Positions 1 to 9,815 of a stretch of DNA of 64,000 bases are shown one piece after another. The position numbers were made by a program, and so were the translations under genes. Origin of the DNA: Hyphomicrobiales bacterium (GTDB taxonomy: Bacteria; Pseudomonadota; Alphaproteobacteria; MED-G09). Numbering within the stretch: the first letter of the stretch is position 1; every line of letters starts with the position of its first letter. The notes below the pieces were generated by a model. That model was not told the origin of the DNA, searched no databases, and worked only from the letters and a program-made list of their open reading frames with translations. The stretch is from NCBI GenBank assembly GCA_028339975.1, contig JAOLDG010000001.1:72740-136739 (forward strand). The letters are read 5' to 3'.

Positions 1-1056
1 TATTTTCATTTCTTCGTTAATTGTTGTGGCCCTTACATCTAAGGCCCCTCTAAAGATATAAGGAAATCCCAGTACGTTATTTACCTGGTTCGCATAATCT
101 GACCTACCTGTTGCCATTATGCAATCAGGTCTAACTTCCTTTGCAACTCTTGGATCAATTTCTGGATCCGGATTAGCCATCGCAAAAATAATCGGATTTT
201 TATTCATAGTCTTTACCATCTCAGGTGTTAGAGCTCCTTTTACTGACAGACCAAGAAAAATATCAGAGCCCTTTACCGCGTCAGCTAGATTCCTGTCTTC
301 AGTTTCAACTGCATGAGCAGATTTCCACTGATTCATATTACCTTCACGGCCAATATAAATTGGACCTTTTGAGTCACACAATATCGCATTATCGTGAGGT
401 AATCCCATTGCCTTTAATAGCTCAAGACAAGCGATCCCAGCCGCCCCAGCTCCGTTGACAACCACCTTTATGTCTTTGATATTTTTTCCAGTTAAATCTA
501 AAGCATTTATTATACCAGCGGTAGTGATTATAGCAGTTCCATGCTGGTCATCATGAAAAACTGGTATATTTAACTTTTCTCTTAATTTACTCTCAATAAT
601 AAAGCAATCAGGGGCACTTATATCTTCCAGATTTATTCCCCCAAAGGATGGCTCAAGGCTAGCTATTATATCTGTTATTTTATTCGGATCTGTTTCGTTA
701 ATTTCTATGTCTATAGAATCAACATCAGCAAACCTTTTAAACAAGACAGCCTTCCCCTCCATAACTGGCTTAGAGGCCAAAGGACCAAGATCGCCAAGAC
801 CCAAAATAGCTGAACCATTTGAAATTACAGCGACAAGATTACCTTTTGCCGTATAGTCATACACGCTATCTGGATTTTCTGAAATAGCCAAAACAGGTGC
901 AGCAACACCTGGAGAGTAAGCCAGGGCTAAATCTCTTTGAGTAGCCATAGGCTTCGTTGCATTAATTTCAATTTTCCCAGGCCTTCCTTCGGAGTGAAAT
1001 TTTAATGCCTCTTTCTCATCATAACTTGTTTCTGTAGTACTCTTTGTGTCTTTCAA
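1..1056 (-). CDS. maeB: NAD(P)-dependent malic enzyme, N-terminal portion (gene runs off the left edge; 5' end near TTG ~1056)
   Basis: Not in ORF track because no stop lies in the window. The minus-strand translation reads ...EALKFHSEGRPGKIEINATKP...VFHDDQHGTAIIT...VVVNGAGAAGIA...FPYIFRGALDVRATTINEEMKI, the malic-enzyme signature blocks. Confidence 0.8.
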   Translation of the reverse strand, partial: MKDTKSTTETSYDEKEALKFHSEGRPGKIEINATKPMATQRDLALAYSPGVAAPVLAISENPDSVYDYTAKGNLVAVISNGSAILGLGDLGPLASKPVMEGKAVLFKRFADVDSIDIEINETDPNKITDIIASLEPSFGGINLEDISAPDCFIIESKLREKLNIPVFHDDQHGTAIITTAGIINALDLTGKNIKDIKVVVNGAGAAGIACLELLKAMGLPHDNAILCDSKGPIYIGREGNMNQWKSAHAVETEDRNLADAVKGSDIFLGLSVKGALTPEMVKTMNKNPIIFAMANPDPEIDPRVAKEVRPDCIMATGRSDYANQVNNVLGFPYIFRGALDVRATTINEEMKI

Positions 1057-1327
1057 TTTCTTTCTCTTTTTAAATAAAATGTTTTTAAATTAGGTTATTT
1101 GTAATAATTTATATGTTGGGAAAAACTATATAATTGTTCTAACCTCGTCAAGCTATTTATAATATAATAATAAAATTAAATAAATATACAAATTATTATT
1201 ACTCTAATAATAAACTATTAGTAATATATTAACAAAAAAACAATTTAAATATTATTTTTTGAGTTATTGATGTAATTAATATTTAAATATACTTGGTCTT
1301 CTTGTTATTCGGGTATAGGTAAAAATA

Positions 1328-4033
1328 ATGGTTAAGCCTAATAAATTACTAGAGGAATGCAATTTTGATTTTGGAAGTATCTTCACTCAGGAAGAGATAT
1401 ATTCAAAAAATATAAATAAAACCTTAAAAGACTACACAAGACAAGAGCTTGAAAGAGCTCATAAGTTATCTCAAAACAGAATTGAGGATGGCATATACAA
1501 AGGAAGCGAAAGTGCAAAACAGATTGCCCTTCTCCATGACCATCTTATCAGCGAATATTTAAATTTTTTAAGTAAATATATTCATCCGTTAAATAATCCA
1601 ACTGAGGCGGAAAAGATTTCTGTTCTGGCTACGGGTGGCTATGGCCGAGGCTTATTAGCCCCAGGATCAGATATAGATTTGCTCTTTCTTTTGCCTTATA
1701 AAAAAACTGCTTGGGCTGAAGGGGCTATTGAAAATACGTTATATTTTTTATGGGATATTGGCTTAAAGGTTGGTCAAGCAACAAGAACTATTCCTGAGTG
1801 TCTTTCCCTTTCATCATCCGATCAAACTATTGCGACATCATTACTCGATGCGAGACATTTGTGGGGCAATGACGCATTAAGTGATGAATTTTATATATCA
1901 TTTAGAGAAAAAATAAAAAAAATGTCTTCTTTCGAATTTATACAAGCCAAGCTTGATGAGAGAGAAGATAGGCAAAACAGGGCTGGCCAATCAAGATACC
2001 TGGTAGAGCCAAATATTAAAAATGGTAAGGGTGGGTTAAGGGACCTTGAGATGTTAAGCTGGATGACAAATTTCTGCTATGGCTGTTCTAGACCTGAGGA
2101 TATGCTTACGAGGGGCATACTCACAAAGGCTGAAGCAAAGACCTTCTTGAAATGTGAAAATTTTCTATGGCACGTGAGATGTCAGCTTCACTATATTGCA
2201 AATAGGTCTGAGGAAGTAATTAACTTTAATGACCAAAAAGAAATGGCCTCTAAGCTTGGCTATGAAGATCGAAAAGGACTAATGAGTGTAGAGAGGTTTA
2301 TGCGCCATTATTTTCTTATTGCTAAAGAGGTCGGAGATTTAACAAGATCTATATGCTCTATTTTAGAGGAGAGACAAAAAAAATCTGTTCCGGTTATTTC
2401 CAGGGCTATTTCTTATATCTATGCAAAAAAACTAGATGGCTTCACTGTAACGAGTGGAAGAATTAATGTACCAAATGATGGGTTTTTCAAAGAACACCCT
2501 TTAAATATTTTAAAGCTTTTTAATTTATCTTCCGAGCAAGGTCTTTTTATTCATCCAAATGCAATTAAGGTTCTAAGGCAATCAATTGGTCTTGTTAATA
2601 AGGCACTAAGAGAGGACAAGGAGGCCAATAATCTCTTTTTAAAAATTTTATTAAGTAAAAAAAATGCAGAATCTACATTAAGGGCAATGAATGAAACTGG
2701 AGTTCTAGGGCGTTTTATTCTGGATTTTGGTAAAATTGTAGGATTGATGCAATTTAATATGTATCATCATTTCACGGCAGACGAGCATTTGCTGAGAGCT
2801 ATTGGGGAGCTTAATAAGTTATTTTACTCAATCCGATCAAATGTTCCCGAACTAATAAGGGATCTTATTGGCCAAGGCTTGAATAAAAAAATACTTACAA
2901 TAGCATTATTTTTTCATGATATTGCAAAGGGCCGTGATGAAGATCACTCCGAGGTCGGTGCCTTAATTGTAAATAGATTCTCTAAGAGATTTAGCTTAAC
3001 TGATTATGAGGTTGAAACAATTTCATGGCTCGTAAGAGAGCACCTAGTTATGAGTGATTTTTCTCAAACAAGGGATATAATGGACCAAAAGACTATAAAA
3101 GACTTTTCCTCTATTGTGCAAACTCCAGAAAGACTAAAGCTTTTATTAATTTTAACAATTGCCGATATAACTGCTGTTGGCCCAGATGTTTGGAGCGCAT
3201 ATAAGGGCCAGCTTCTCGAGCAGCTATACAAGGAAACCTATACGTACTTAGCAGGAGATATTTTAGGTAACGATAGGGAGGCTAGGGTAAAAGGAAGAAT
3301 AGAAAAACTATTTTCTGAAACTACAATAGATAAAGATAATTTATTTAAGCAATGGATAAAAAATCACAACGATCAGTACTGGCTCGGATTAAATAATGAG
3401 ACAATCCTTCGTCACACCCTGATGTATGTAAATGATTTTAGAAAAAAATCTATCATAGCTATTCACAATGAAGAAGGAATGGATACAACAGAAGTTTCAA
3501 TAATGTCAAAAGATAGCCCAGGCTTATTTGCCAAGCTGACTGCTGCTTTTTCCTCTATGGATATTAACATTGTTAATGCAAAAATATTTACAAATAAAAA
3601 AGGTATTGCTGTAGATGTTATTTGGATCCAGGATATTAATAATCAGCCAATAAAAGAAAAAATGCGTCTTGATAGGATCAAAGATAATATTATAAGTTTT
3701 GTAGATGGAAAAAAAATAATTGAGGATATACCTATAAGTGGGTTTAATGACAAAAGGATTGATGCATTTAGTGTTCCTGTCTCAATAAAAATTATGAATA
3801 ATATTTCTTCGGACTATACAGTGATAGAGGTTAGCGGAAAGGACAGACCAAGAATTCTTCATGATCTTGCGCACATGTTAAATAAAATGGAATTAAATTT
3901 ATTTCGAGCTCAAGTTGCAACATTTGGGGAAAGAGTTGTCGATGTCTTTTATGTATTAGATTCACGCAACAAAAGAATTGAACACTACCAATCCAAAAAA
4001 TCTATTATCAATAAGCTTTCAAAGATTTTTTAA
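1328..4033 (+). CDS. glnD: [protein-PII] uridylyltransferase/uridylyl-removing enzyme
   Basis: 901 aa. Nucleotidyltransferase motif GGYGRGLLAPGSDIDLLFL, HD domain (HHFTADEH), C-terminal ACT-like repeats. Confidence 0.9.
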   Translation: MVKPNKLLEECNFDFGSIFTQEEIYSKNINKTLKDYTRQELERAHKLSQNRIEDGIYKGSESAKQIALLHDHLISEYLNFLSKYIHPLNNPTEAEKISVLATGGYGRGLLAPGSDIDLLFLLPYKKTAWAEGAIENTLYFLWDIGLKVGQATRTIPECLSLSSSDQTIATSLLDARHLWGNDALSDEFYISFREKIKKMSSFEFIQAKLDEREDRQNRAGQSRYLVEPNIKNGKGGLRDLEMLSWMTNFCYGCSRPEDMLTRGILTKAEAKTFLKCENFLWHVRCQLHYIANRSEEVINFNDQKEMASKLGYEDRKGLMSVERFMRHYFLIAKEVGDLTRSICSILEERQKKSVPVISRAISYIYAKKLDGFTVTSGRINVPNDGFFKEHPLNILKLFNLSSEQGLFIHPNAIKVLRQSIGLVNKALREDKEANNLFLKILLSKKNAESTLRAMNETGVLGRFILDFGKIVGLMQFNMYHHFTADEHLLRAIGELNKLFYSIRSNVPELIRDLIGQGLNKKILTIALFFHDIAKGRDEDHSEVGALIVNRFSKRFSLTDYEVETISWLVREHLVMSDFSQTRDIMDQKTIKDFSSIVQTPERLKLLLILTIADITAVGPDVWSAYKGQLLEQLYKETYTYLAGDILGNDREARVKGRIEKLFSETTIDKDNLFKQWIKNHNDQYWLGLNNETILRHTLMYVNDFRKKSIIAIHNEEGMDTTEVSIMSKDSPGLFAKLTAAFSSMDINIVNAKIFTNKKGIAVDVIWIQDINNQPIKEKMRLDRIKDNIISFVDGKKIIEDIPISGFNDKRIDAFSVPVSIKIMNNISSDYTVIEVSGKDRPRILHDLAHMLNKMELNLFRAQVATFGERVVDVFYVLDSRNKRIEHYQSKKSIINKLSKIF

Positions 4034-4035
4034 TC

Positions 4036-5583
4036 ATGAAGAAAAAAATAAAAAAAAATTCCTTTTTTCGCTCAGCTTTTATTGTTAGTGGTTTAACTTT
4101 AGTTAGTAGATTTACTGGTCTTTTCAGAGATATCTTAATCAGTAATGTACTTGGTATTAGTTTTGTTGCAGATGCTTTTTTTATGGCACTGCGGCTACCA
4201 AATGTTTTTAGAAGAATTACAGCGGAAGGTGCATTCTCTTCAGCATTTATTCCAATATTTCTTAAATTTTTTTCTGGCAGTAAACACAAGGCGATAACTT
4301 TTGCCCAAGAAGTTCTTTATTTTCTAATTATTTCAATTACAGCAATAACATGCTTGCTTCAGGTTCTAATGCCTCTAGTTATGTATTTAATGGCATATGG
4401 TTTTAGCGATGATCCAATAAAATTTAACCTCACAATAATATATGCTCAGATTACTGCCCCTTATATTCTATTTATTTCATTGTCATCCTTAGGCGTAGGG
4501 ATACTCAACTCTCTGGGGAAATATTCTCTTACTTCCCTTTCGCCTATTATTTTAAATATTTTCTTAATAGTAGCTTTGTTATTACCCATTAAAGATATTA
4601 TTCTAACAGGATACATATTAGCTTTTGCTGTAACAATTTCAGGTATTTTTCAATTTGCACTAATTATTTTTGCATTAAAAAGGTCGGGTTATTCTTTAAA
4701 ATTAAAGAAACCTAAAAATTACAATAAAATAAATAAATTTTTAGATCGAGCCAAACCTCAGATTGGTAATGGCTTTGCCTTACAGGTTAATATCCTTATA
4801 TCAGGACTTATAGCATCTTTTGAACAGGGAGGAATTTCAACTCTTTATTATGCTGAACGGTTATATCAATTGCCTTTAGCACTCTTTGGCCTTTCAATAG
4901 GTACTGTATTATTACCAACTCTTAGTTCCCTAGATCCCAAAAAAGATTTGGAGGAAATAAATATTGTTATAAAAAAATCATTAAGGTTTGCTTTAATTAT
5001 GAGTATTCCATCAGCAATAGGACTTTCTATGGTTTCAATTCCATTGATTGAGGCAATATATCAACATGGACTATTTAATTCCCTGAATACTTTAATTGTA
5101 TCCAAAACTTTAATCGCATTTTCTTTTGGTTTGCCAGCATTTGTATTAATAAAAATATACCTCCCAATTTTCTATTCTTTAGGCGACACAAAAAGTCCAT
5201 TTAGGTATAGCTTGGTGTCTATTATTATTAATATGGCCTTAGCTTTACTTTTATTTCCCAAATACGGCGTTATTGGGCTGGCTATTTCAACTTCATTATC
5301 GTCATGGGTCAATCTCTTTTTGTTGATCAATAAATTGAAAGACTCAACGATATCGATCTTTTTAATGAAGCTTGATATTGACCTTTTAAAGATTATTATA
5401 GCCTCCTTTCTTATGTCACTTATAATATACTTTTGTTCAATTCTAGTGATAAATCTTAGCAGTATTTTATTTCTGTCCATTCTGATTTTAACTGGCGTAA
5501 TAAGTTATTTTTTAATTCTATTTTTGTTAGGTGTATTAAGCAAAAATGATATACCTAGTATTATTAGAAATATAATTTTTTAA
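4036..5583 (+). CDS. murJ: lipid II flippase MurJ (MviN)
   Basis: 515 aa polytopic membrane protein with a MurJ-like N-terminus (FFRSAFIVSGLTL.SR..GLFRD). Starts 2 nt after the glnD stop. Confidence 0.9.
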   Translation: MKKKIKKNSFFRSAFIVSGLTLVSRFTGLFRDILISNVLGISFVADAFFMALRLPNVFRRITAEGAFSSAFIPIFLKFFSGSKHKAITFAQEVLYFLIISITAITCLLQVLMPLVMYLMAYGFSDDPIKFNLTIIYAQITAPYILFISLSSLGVGILNSLGKYSLTSLSPIILNIFLIVALLLPIKDIILTGYILAFAVTISGIFQFALIIFALKRSGYSLKLKKPKNYNKINKFLDRAKPQIGNGFALQVNILISGLIASFEQGGISTLYYAERLYQLPLALFGLSIGTVLLPTLSSLDPKKDLEEINIVIKKSLRFALIMSIPSAIGLSMVSIPLIEAIYQHGLFNSLNTLIVSKTLIAFSFGLPAFVLIKIYLPIFYSLGDTKSPFRYSLVSIIINMALALLLFPKYGVIGLAISTSLSSWVNLFLLINKLKDSTISIFLMKLDIDLLKIIIASFLMSLIIYFCSILVINLSSILFLSILILTGVISYFLILFLLGVLSKNDIPSIIRNIIF

Positions 5584-5592
5584 GGAAATAGT

Positions 5593-6612
5593 TTGACCTC
5601 TAATAACAAAAAGAAAGTTTTTTCAGGTGTGCAGCCAACTGGTGCACTTCATCTTGGCAATTATCTTGGTGCAATAAAAAACTTTGTTAGTTTGCAAACA
5701 GATTACGATTCTTTGTATTGTATTGTAGACCTTCACGCTATTACAGTTTGGCAAAACCCCAAAGAATTGAAGGATAATATTCTCGAGGTTGCTTCTGCAT
5801 ATTTAGCTTGTGGAATTGACCCAAAAAATTCAACAATATTTGTTCAATCCTCCGTGCCACAGCATGCAGAGCTTGCTTGGATCTTTAACTGTATCTCGAG
5901 GATAGGATGGCTGAATAGAATGACTCAGTTTAAAGAAAAGGCTGGTAAAAATAAAGAAAATGTCTCTTCCGGCCTATACACATATCCAAATTTGATGGCT
6001 GCTGATATTTTACTTTATCAGGCAGACTTAGTCCCAGTTGGCGACGATCAAAAACAACACCTTGAGCTGACAAGGGATATTGCTCAAAAATTTAATAATG
6101 ACTATTCTGATTTTGGAGGGGATAATTTTTTTTCAATTCCAGAGCCATTAATTCTTTCTGGGTCCGCAAGAATTATGTCTTTGAGAGATGGTTCAAAAAA
6201 GATGTCAAAATCTGACTCATCTTCAATGACTAGGATTGAGCTTAAGGATGATAATGACTTAATTGTAAAAAAAATATCTAAAGCTAAAACAGACCCTTTG
6301 CCAATGCCAGGTTCATTAAAGGAATTAGATAGTCGTCCTGAAGTTAGAAATTTATTAAATATATTTTCATCACTCAGGGAAGAGACTGTCTCAGAAATAA
6401 TTAATGAATTTAATGGAAAACAATTTTCTGATTTTAAAAAGAATCTATCTGATCTTCTTATTAGTAAATTAGAGCCAATAAGACTTGAGCTATTAAAGAT
6501 TGAGGCTGATAAAAGTTATATTAGAGATGTTCTTTCTAATGGATCTTATAAAGCTATTGAGAAGTCGGAAAAAACTATTAAAGAAATAAAAAATATTATT
6601 GGATTAGGATAA
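5593..6612 (+). CDS. trpS: tryptophan--tRNA ligase
   Basis: HIGH-type motif (GVQPTGALHLGNYLGA) and KMSKS. TTG start with SD aaggaaa. Confidence 0.95.
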   Translation: MTSNNKKKVFSGVQPTGALHLGNYLGAIKNFVSLQTDYDSLYCIVDLHAITVWQNPKELKDNILEVASAYLACGIDPKNSTIFVQSSVPQHAELAWIFNCISRIGWLNRMTQFKEKAGKNKENVSSGLYTYPNLMAADILLYQADLVPVGDDQKQHLELTRDIAQKFNNDYSDFGGDNFFSIPEPLILSGSARIMSLRDGSKKMSKSDSSSMTRIELKDDNDLIVKKISKAKTDPLPMPGSLKELDSRPEVRNLLNIFSSLREETVSEIINEFNGKQFSDFKKNLSDLLISKLEPIRLELLKIEADKSYIRDVLSNGSYKAIEKSEKTIKEIKNIIGLG

Positions 6613-6632
6613 TTTCATAAAAAGGTGAAAAT

Positions 6633-7097
6633 GTGAAAGAAGTTTTTTTAGCAGTGTTTGATGGAACAGAAGAATGCAAATCCGCTGTTAGATATGCATC
6701 CAGAAGGGCCAAATTGAATAATGCCAGTCTTTTAATCGTTGCAACCGTTGATACAGAAGAATTCAATTATTGGCTAAGCGTTAATAATAAGATGATTGAT
6801 AATGTAGAAAAAGAGTCCAAAGATATGCTTAATGATCTATCCAAGGAAATTCATTCTTATTCAGATGTTGAATGCGATTATATCGTTGAGCATGGATCAA
6901 AATTAGATGTTGTTAAAAGACTTATTGAAAATGACAAATCAATATCTTTAATGATTCTTGCCTCCAATACAAAAGATAAAAATCCAGGTATTTTAGTTGA
7001 AACAATATCTGGTGCTGGATACGCTATACCTGTTGTAGTTTTGCCTGGTAACTTAAATGATGATAGTATCGATAAACTTGCAGGATATGTAAGTTAA
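6633..7097 (+). CDS. universal stress protein (UspA-fold) family, putative
   Basis: 154 aa. The N-terminal 'VFLAVFDGTEECKSAVRYA' and C-terminal 'PVVVLPG' match the Usp alpha/beta fold pattern. GTG start. Assignment by pattern only. Confidence 0.45.
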   Translation: MKEVFLAVFDGTEECKSAVRYASRRAKLNNASLLIVATVDTEEFNYWLSVNNKMIDNVEKESKDMLNDLSKEIHSYSDVECDYIVEHGSKLDVVKRLIENDKSISLMILASNTKDKNPGILVETISGAGYAIPVVVLPGNLNDDSIDKLAGYVS

Positions 7098-7111
7098 CTA
7101 TAGGAGAGAAA

Positions 7112-7657
7112 ATGTTTATACAGACTGAAGAGACACCCAACCCCTCTACAATGAAATTTATTCCTGGAAAAGATGTAATGGGCAATAGCGGAAAAACTAT
7201 TTATTTCAAAGATTCTGCCGAAGCCAAAAACTCACCACTTGCTATATTGTTGTTTGATATAGAAGGTGTATCGGGTGTATTTCTTGGATCTGATTTTTTA
7301 ACAATAACAATTGAGAACAAAGAATGGAAGAATATAAAGCCTTCTATTTTAGGAGTGATTATGAACCACTTTGTTGCAGAAAATCCAATCTTTGTTGACG
7401 ATGACTCTCAATCTGAAGCATCTGAAAAATTAGATGATATATCACAAAAAATTAAAGATATAATCTCTACTCATGTTAGACCAGCAGTTGCTCAAGATGG
7501 AGGCGATATTGTTTTTGAAAGTTACAGAGATGGAATAGTTTATGTAACTATGAAGGGCTCTTGTGATGGATGCCCATCTTCAGCAATGACTTTAAAAAAT
7601 GGTGTAGAAAATCTTTTAAAACACTATATTCCTGAGGTACAAGGTGTCAGCATCTGA
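7112..7657 (+). CDS. NifU/Nfu-type Fe-S cluster scaffold protein
   Basis: Nfu N-terminal domain plus NifU C-terminal domain with GSCDGCPSS (CxxC). SD aggaga. Confidence 0.8.
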   Translation: MFIQTEETPNPSTMKFIPGKDVMGNSGKTIYFKDSAEAKNSPLAILLFDIEGVSGVFLGSDFLTITIENKEWKNIKPSILGVIMNHFVAENPIFVDDDSQSEASEKLDDISQKIKDIISTHVRPAVAQDGGDIVFESYRDGIVYVTMKGSCDGCPSSAMTLKNGVENLLKHYIPEVQGVSI

Positions 7658-8234
7658 AGAAGAAACAAAACAAACAATCTTTTATAATGCAAGGACATAT
7701 AGCGATTGGCAAGCCAAGGATATTCCTAACACTATTTTAAAAAATTTATATGATCTTATGAAATGGGGCCCTACTAGTGCAAATTGTTCGCCTGCAAGAT
7801 TAATTTTCATTAAGTCCCCGAAGGCTAAGGCGAGACTAAAACCTTTTATAATTGAATCTAATCTAAAAAAAACTATGAGCGCTCCAGTAACTGCGATAAT
7901 TGCTTTTGATATTGATTTTTATAAATACTTGCCAAAGCTATTCCCTCACGACCTTGATGCACAAAACTGGTTCAATTATTCTAAGGATGTTGCCGAGACT
8001 AATGCCTTCAGAAATAGCTCAATCCAAGGAGGGTACTTTATAATTGCATCTAGGATGCTTGGGCTAGACTGCGGTCCAATGTCCGGCTTTGACCAGACTG
8101 GCGTTGATAAAGAATTCTTTCCAAATTCAAATATTAAGTCTAATTTTCTTTGCAACATTGGTTATGGTGACTCAAAAAATCTTTTTAAACGTTCACCAAG
8201 ATTTGACTTTGATGAAATATGTGAGATTTTATAA
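7644..8234 (+). CDS. NAD(P)H nitroreductase family, RutE/YdjA-like (putative malonic semialdehyde reductase)
   Basis: Conserved N-terminal block ARTYSDW...LYDLMKWGPTSANCSPARLIF...APVTAII typical of the RutE-type nitroreductase fold. GTG start overlapping the upstream stop. Confidence 0.7.
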   Translation: MSASEEETKQTIFYNARTYSDWQAKDIPNTILKNLYDLMKWGPTSANCSPARLIFIKSPKAKARLKPFIIESNLKKTMSAPVTAIIAFDIDFYKYLPKLFPHDLDAQNWFNYSKDVAETNAFRNSSIQGGYFIIASRMLGLDCGPMSGFDQTGVDKEFFPNSNIKSNFLCNIGYGDSKNLFKRSPRFDFDEICEIL

Positions 8235-8237
8235 TTA

Positions 8238-8915
8238 ATGAAATTCCTTTGCTTGGATACAACTTTAAATAATTGTTCTATTCATATTATTTCTTCACAA
8301 AAAGAACTCCTTATCTTAAGCGATAAGAATCAACCCCCTTCTGATATAATTCCACGATTAGTTAGCGATGCCTTGCTTGATCTTAAACTTACATCCACTG
8401 ATATTGATGGTATTGTTGTGGCGACTGGACCAGGAAACTTTACAAGCCTAAGAGTTGGCATTTCTTTTGGCGTTGGATTAGCGAAGGCTATTGCAGTACC
8501 AATATATGGTGTTTCCTCTTTAGAGGGATTGGTATTAAGCCATGAAAAAAGTTTGAAAAAAAATCAAAAATTTCTTGTTTCTATAAAGGCCCGTGGCGAA
8601 GATTATTTTTTCCAATTATTTGATAATAATTCAATAGCATTTTCGAAACCCATTAAAGCCAATATTAATAAAGCAAAAGAACTATACTCTGATCAAGACC
8701 TGTTTTTTTTAGGATCTGGCTCCAGGGATGTAGCAATAAATTTTAATCAAAAAGAAAAAATTATATGTAATGAAGACGATATTAATTTTTTCGAAGTTTA
8801 TAAAAATATAAAAGAAAACTTATTAAATTATAAAGATAATGTTTGGCCCTTATACTTGGCTGATCCCGTTGCGGAGAAAAAAGATCCATTATGGTTTGCA
8901 AAAAAGAAGAACTAA
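8238..8915 (+). CDS. tsaB: tRNA t6A37 biosynthesis protein TsaB (YeaZ)
   Basis: MKFLCLDTT..., GPGNFTSLRVGISFGVGLA (ASKHA fold, inactive Kae1 paralogue). Followed by rimI as in most bacteria. Confidence 0.8.
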   Translation: MKFLCLDTTLNNCSIHIISSQKELLILSDKNQPPSDIIPRLVSDALLDLKLTSTDIDGIVVATGPGNFTSLRVGISFGVGLAKAIAVPIYGVSSLEGLVLSHEKSLKKNQKFLVSIKARGEDYFFQLFDNNSIAFSKPIKANINKAKELYSDQDLFFLGSGSRDVAINFNQKEKIICNEDDINFFEVYKNIKENLLNYKDNVWPLYLADPVAEKKDPLWFAKKKN

Positions 8916-9355
8916 AATTAACAACTTTAGGCCTAAATAATATTTACCTAGTTCAAAAACTTCAAAAGAGATGCGATGATAGAGTGTGGAAAAAAGAGTC
9001 ATTAATTCACCTTCTTAAAAAAGGAAGCGGCTTCGGATTTGTATTGTCTGAGGGATTCACTGGAATTGGATATATTCTAGCTAGATCATTACAATCTGAG
9101 CTTGAAATATTATCTTTTGGAGTGCTTTCTAGTTATAGAAGAATGGGCTTTGGCTCGATTTTATTCAAAGAAATAGAAAAATTTATTATTATTAATAAAA
9201 AGTCAAAACTTATTTTGGAGGTTAATAGTCACAACAATAAGGCAAAAAACTTCTATAAATCAATGGGTTTAGACGAGATCAAGGTTTTAAGTAGATATTA
9301 TAAAACAGATAATGGACAGGAAGATGGATTGATGATGTCAAAATTTTATTTTTGA
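8891..9355 (+). CDS. rimI: ribosomal-protein-alanine N-acetyltransferase (GNAT)
   Basis: GNAT motifs (RRMGFGSILF..., acetyl-CoA binding pattern). Conserved tsaB-rimI coupling. The start may be a downstream codon. Confidence 0.7.
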   Translation: MVCKKEELKLTTLGLNNIYLVQKLQKRCDDRVWKKESLIHLLKKGSGFGFVLSEGFTGIGYILARSLQSELEILSFGVLSSYRRMGFGSILFKEIEKFIIINKKSKLILEVNSHNNKAKNFYKSMGLDEIKVLSRYYKTDNGQEDGLMMSKFYF

Positions 9356-9392
9356 TGATTACAATAAAAATTATTCTTGCTAAGATGAAAAA

Positions 9393-9815
9393 ATGACAAT
9401 TGAACAACTTTGTGAAGAAAAATCGATGAGGATGACTGACCAAAGAAGAGTCATTGCTAAAATCCTCGATAGCGCAGATGACCATCCCGATGTAGAGGAG
9501 CTGCACAACAGAGCATGTCTGATTGATAAAAATATCTCAGTTGCAACTGTTTACAGAACAGTGAGGCTTTTTGAAGAAGCCGGCATTCTTGTTAGGCATG
9601 AATTCAAAGATGGTAGATCGCGATATGAAAATGTAGATGGTAGCGATCACCACGATCATTTAATTGATATTGAAAATGGTGAAATTATTGAATTTATGAA
9701 TGAAGAAATTGAAGCTATCCAAAAAAAGATTGCAGACACTCTTGGGTACGAACTGATCGACCATCGGCTAGAGCTTTATGGAAGACCAAAAGCGACAAAA
9801 AAGAATTCAAAATAA
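9393..9815 (+). CDS. fur: ferric uptake regulator family transcriptional regulator
   Basis: DQRRVIAKIL, ATVYRTVRLFEEAGIL (wHTH), HHDHLIDIENGEIIEF (metal site S2). Position between rimI and miaB is conserved in Alphaproteobacteria. Confidence 0.8.
   Translation: MTIEQLCEEKSMRMTDQRRVIAKILDSADDHPDVEELHNRACLIDKNISVATVYRTVRLFEEAGILVRHEFKDGRSRYENVDGSDHHDHLIDIENGEIIEFMNEEIEAIQKKIADTLGYELIDHRLELYGRPKATKKNSK

Noticed and set aside
119-458. Two plus-strand ORFs (65 and 77 aa) at the left edge
   Set aside because: They lie antisense inside the malic-enzyme coding region, whose minus-strand translation has unmistakable MaeB motifs. They are by-product ORFs.
4008-4289. 93-aa minus-strand ORF overlapping the glnD end / murJ start
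   Set aside because: Embedded antisense in two well-supported genes, with a low-complexity Lys/Phe sequence. This also applies to other embedded antisense ORFs in the track (5172-5480, 31786-32130, 33061-33339, 41487-41801, 53708-53917, etc.).
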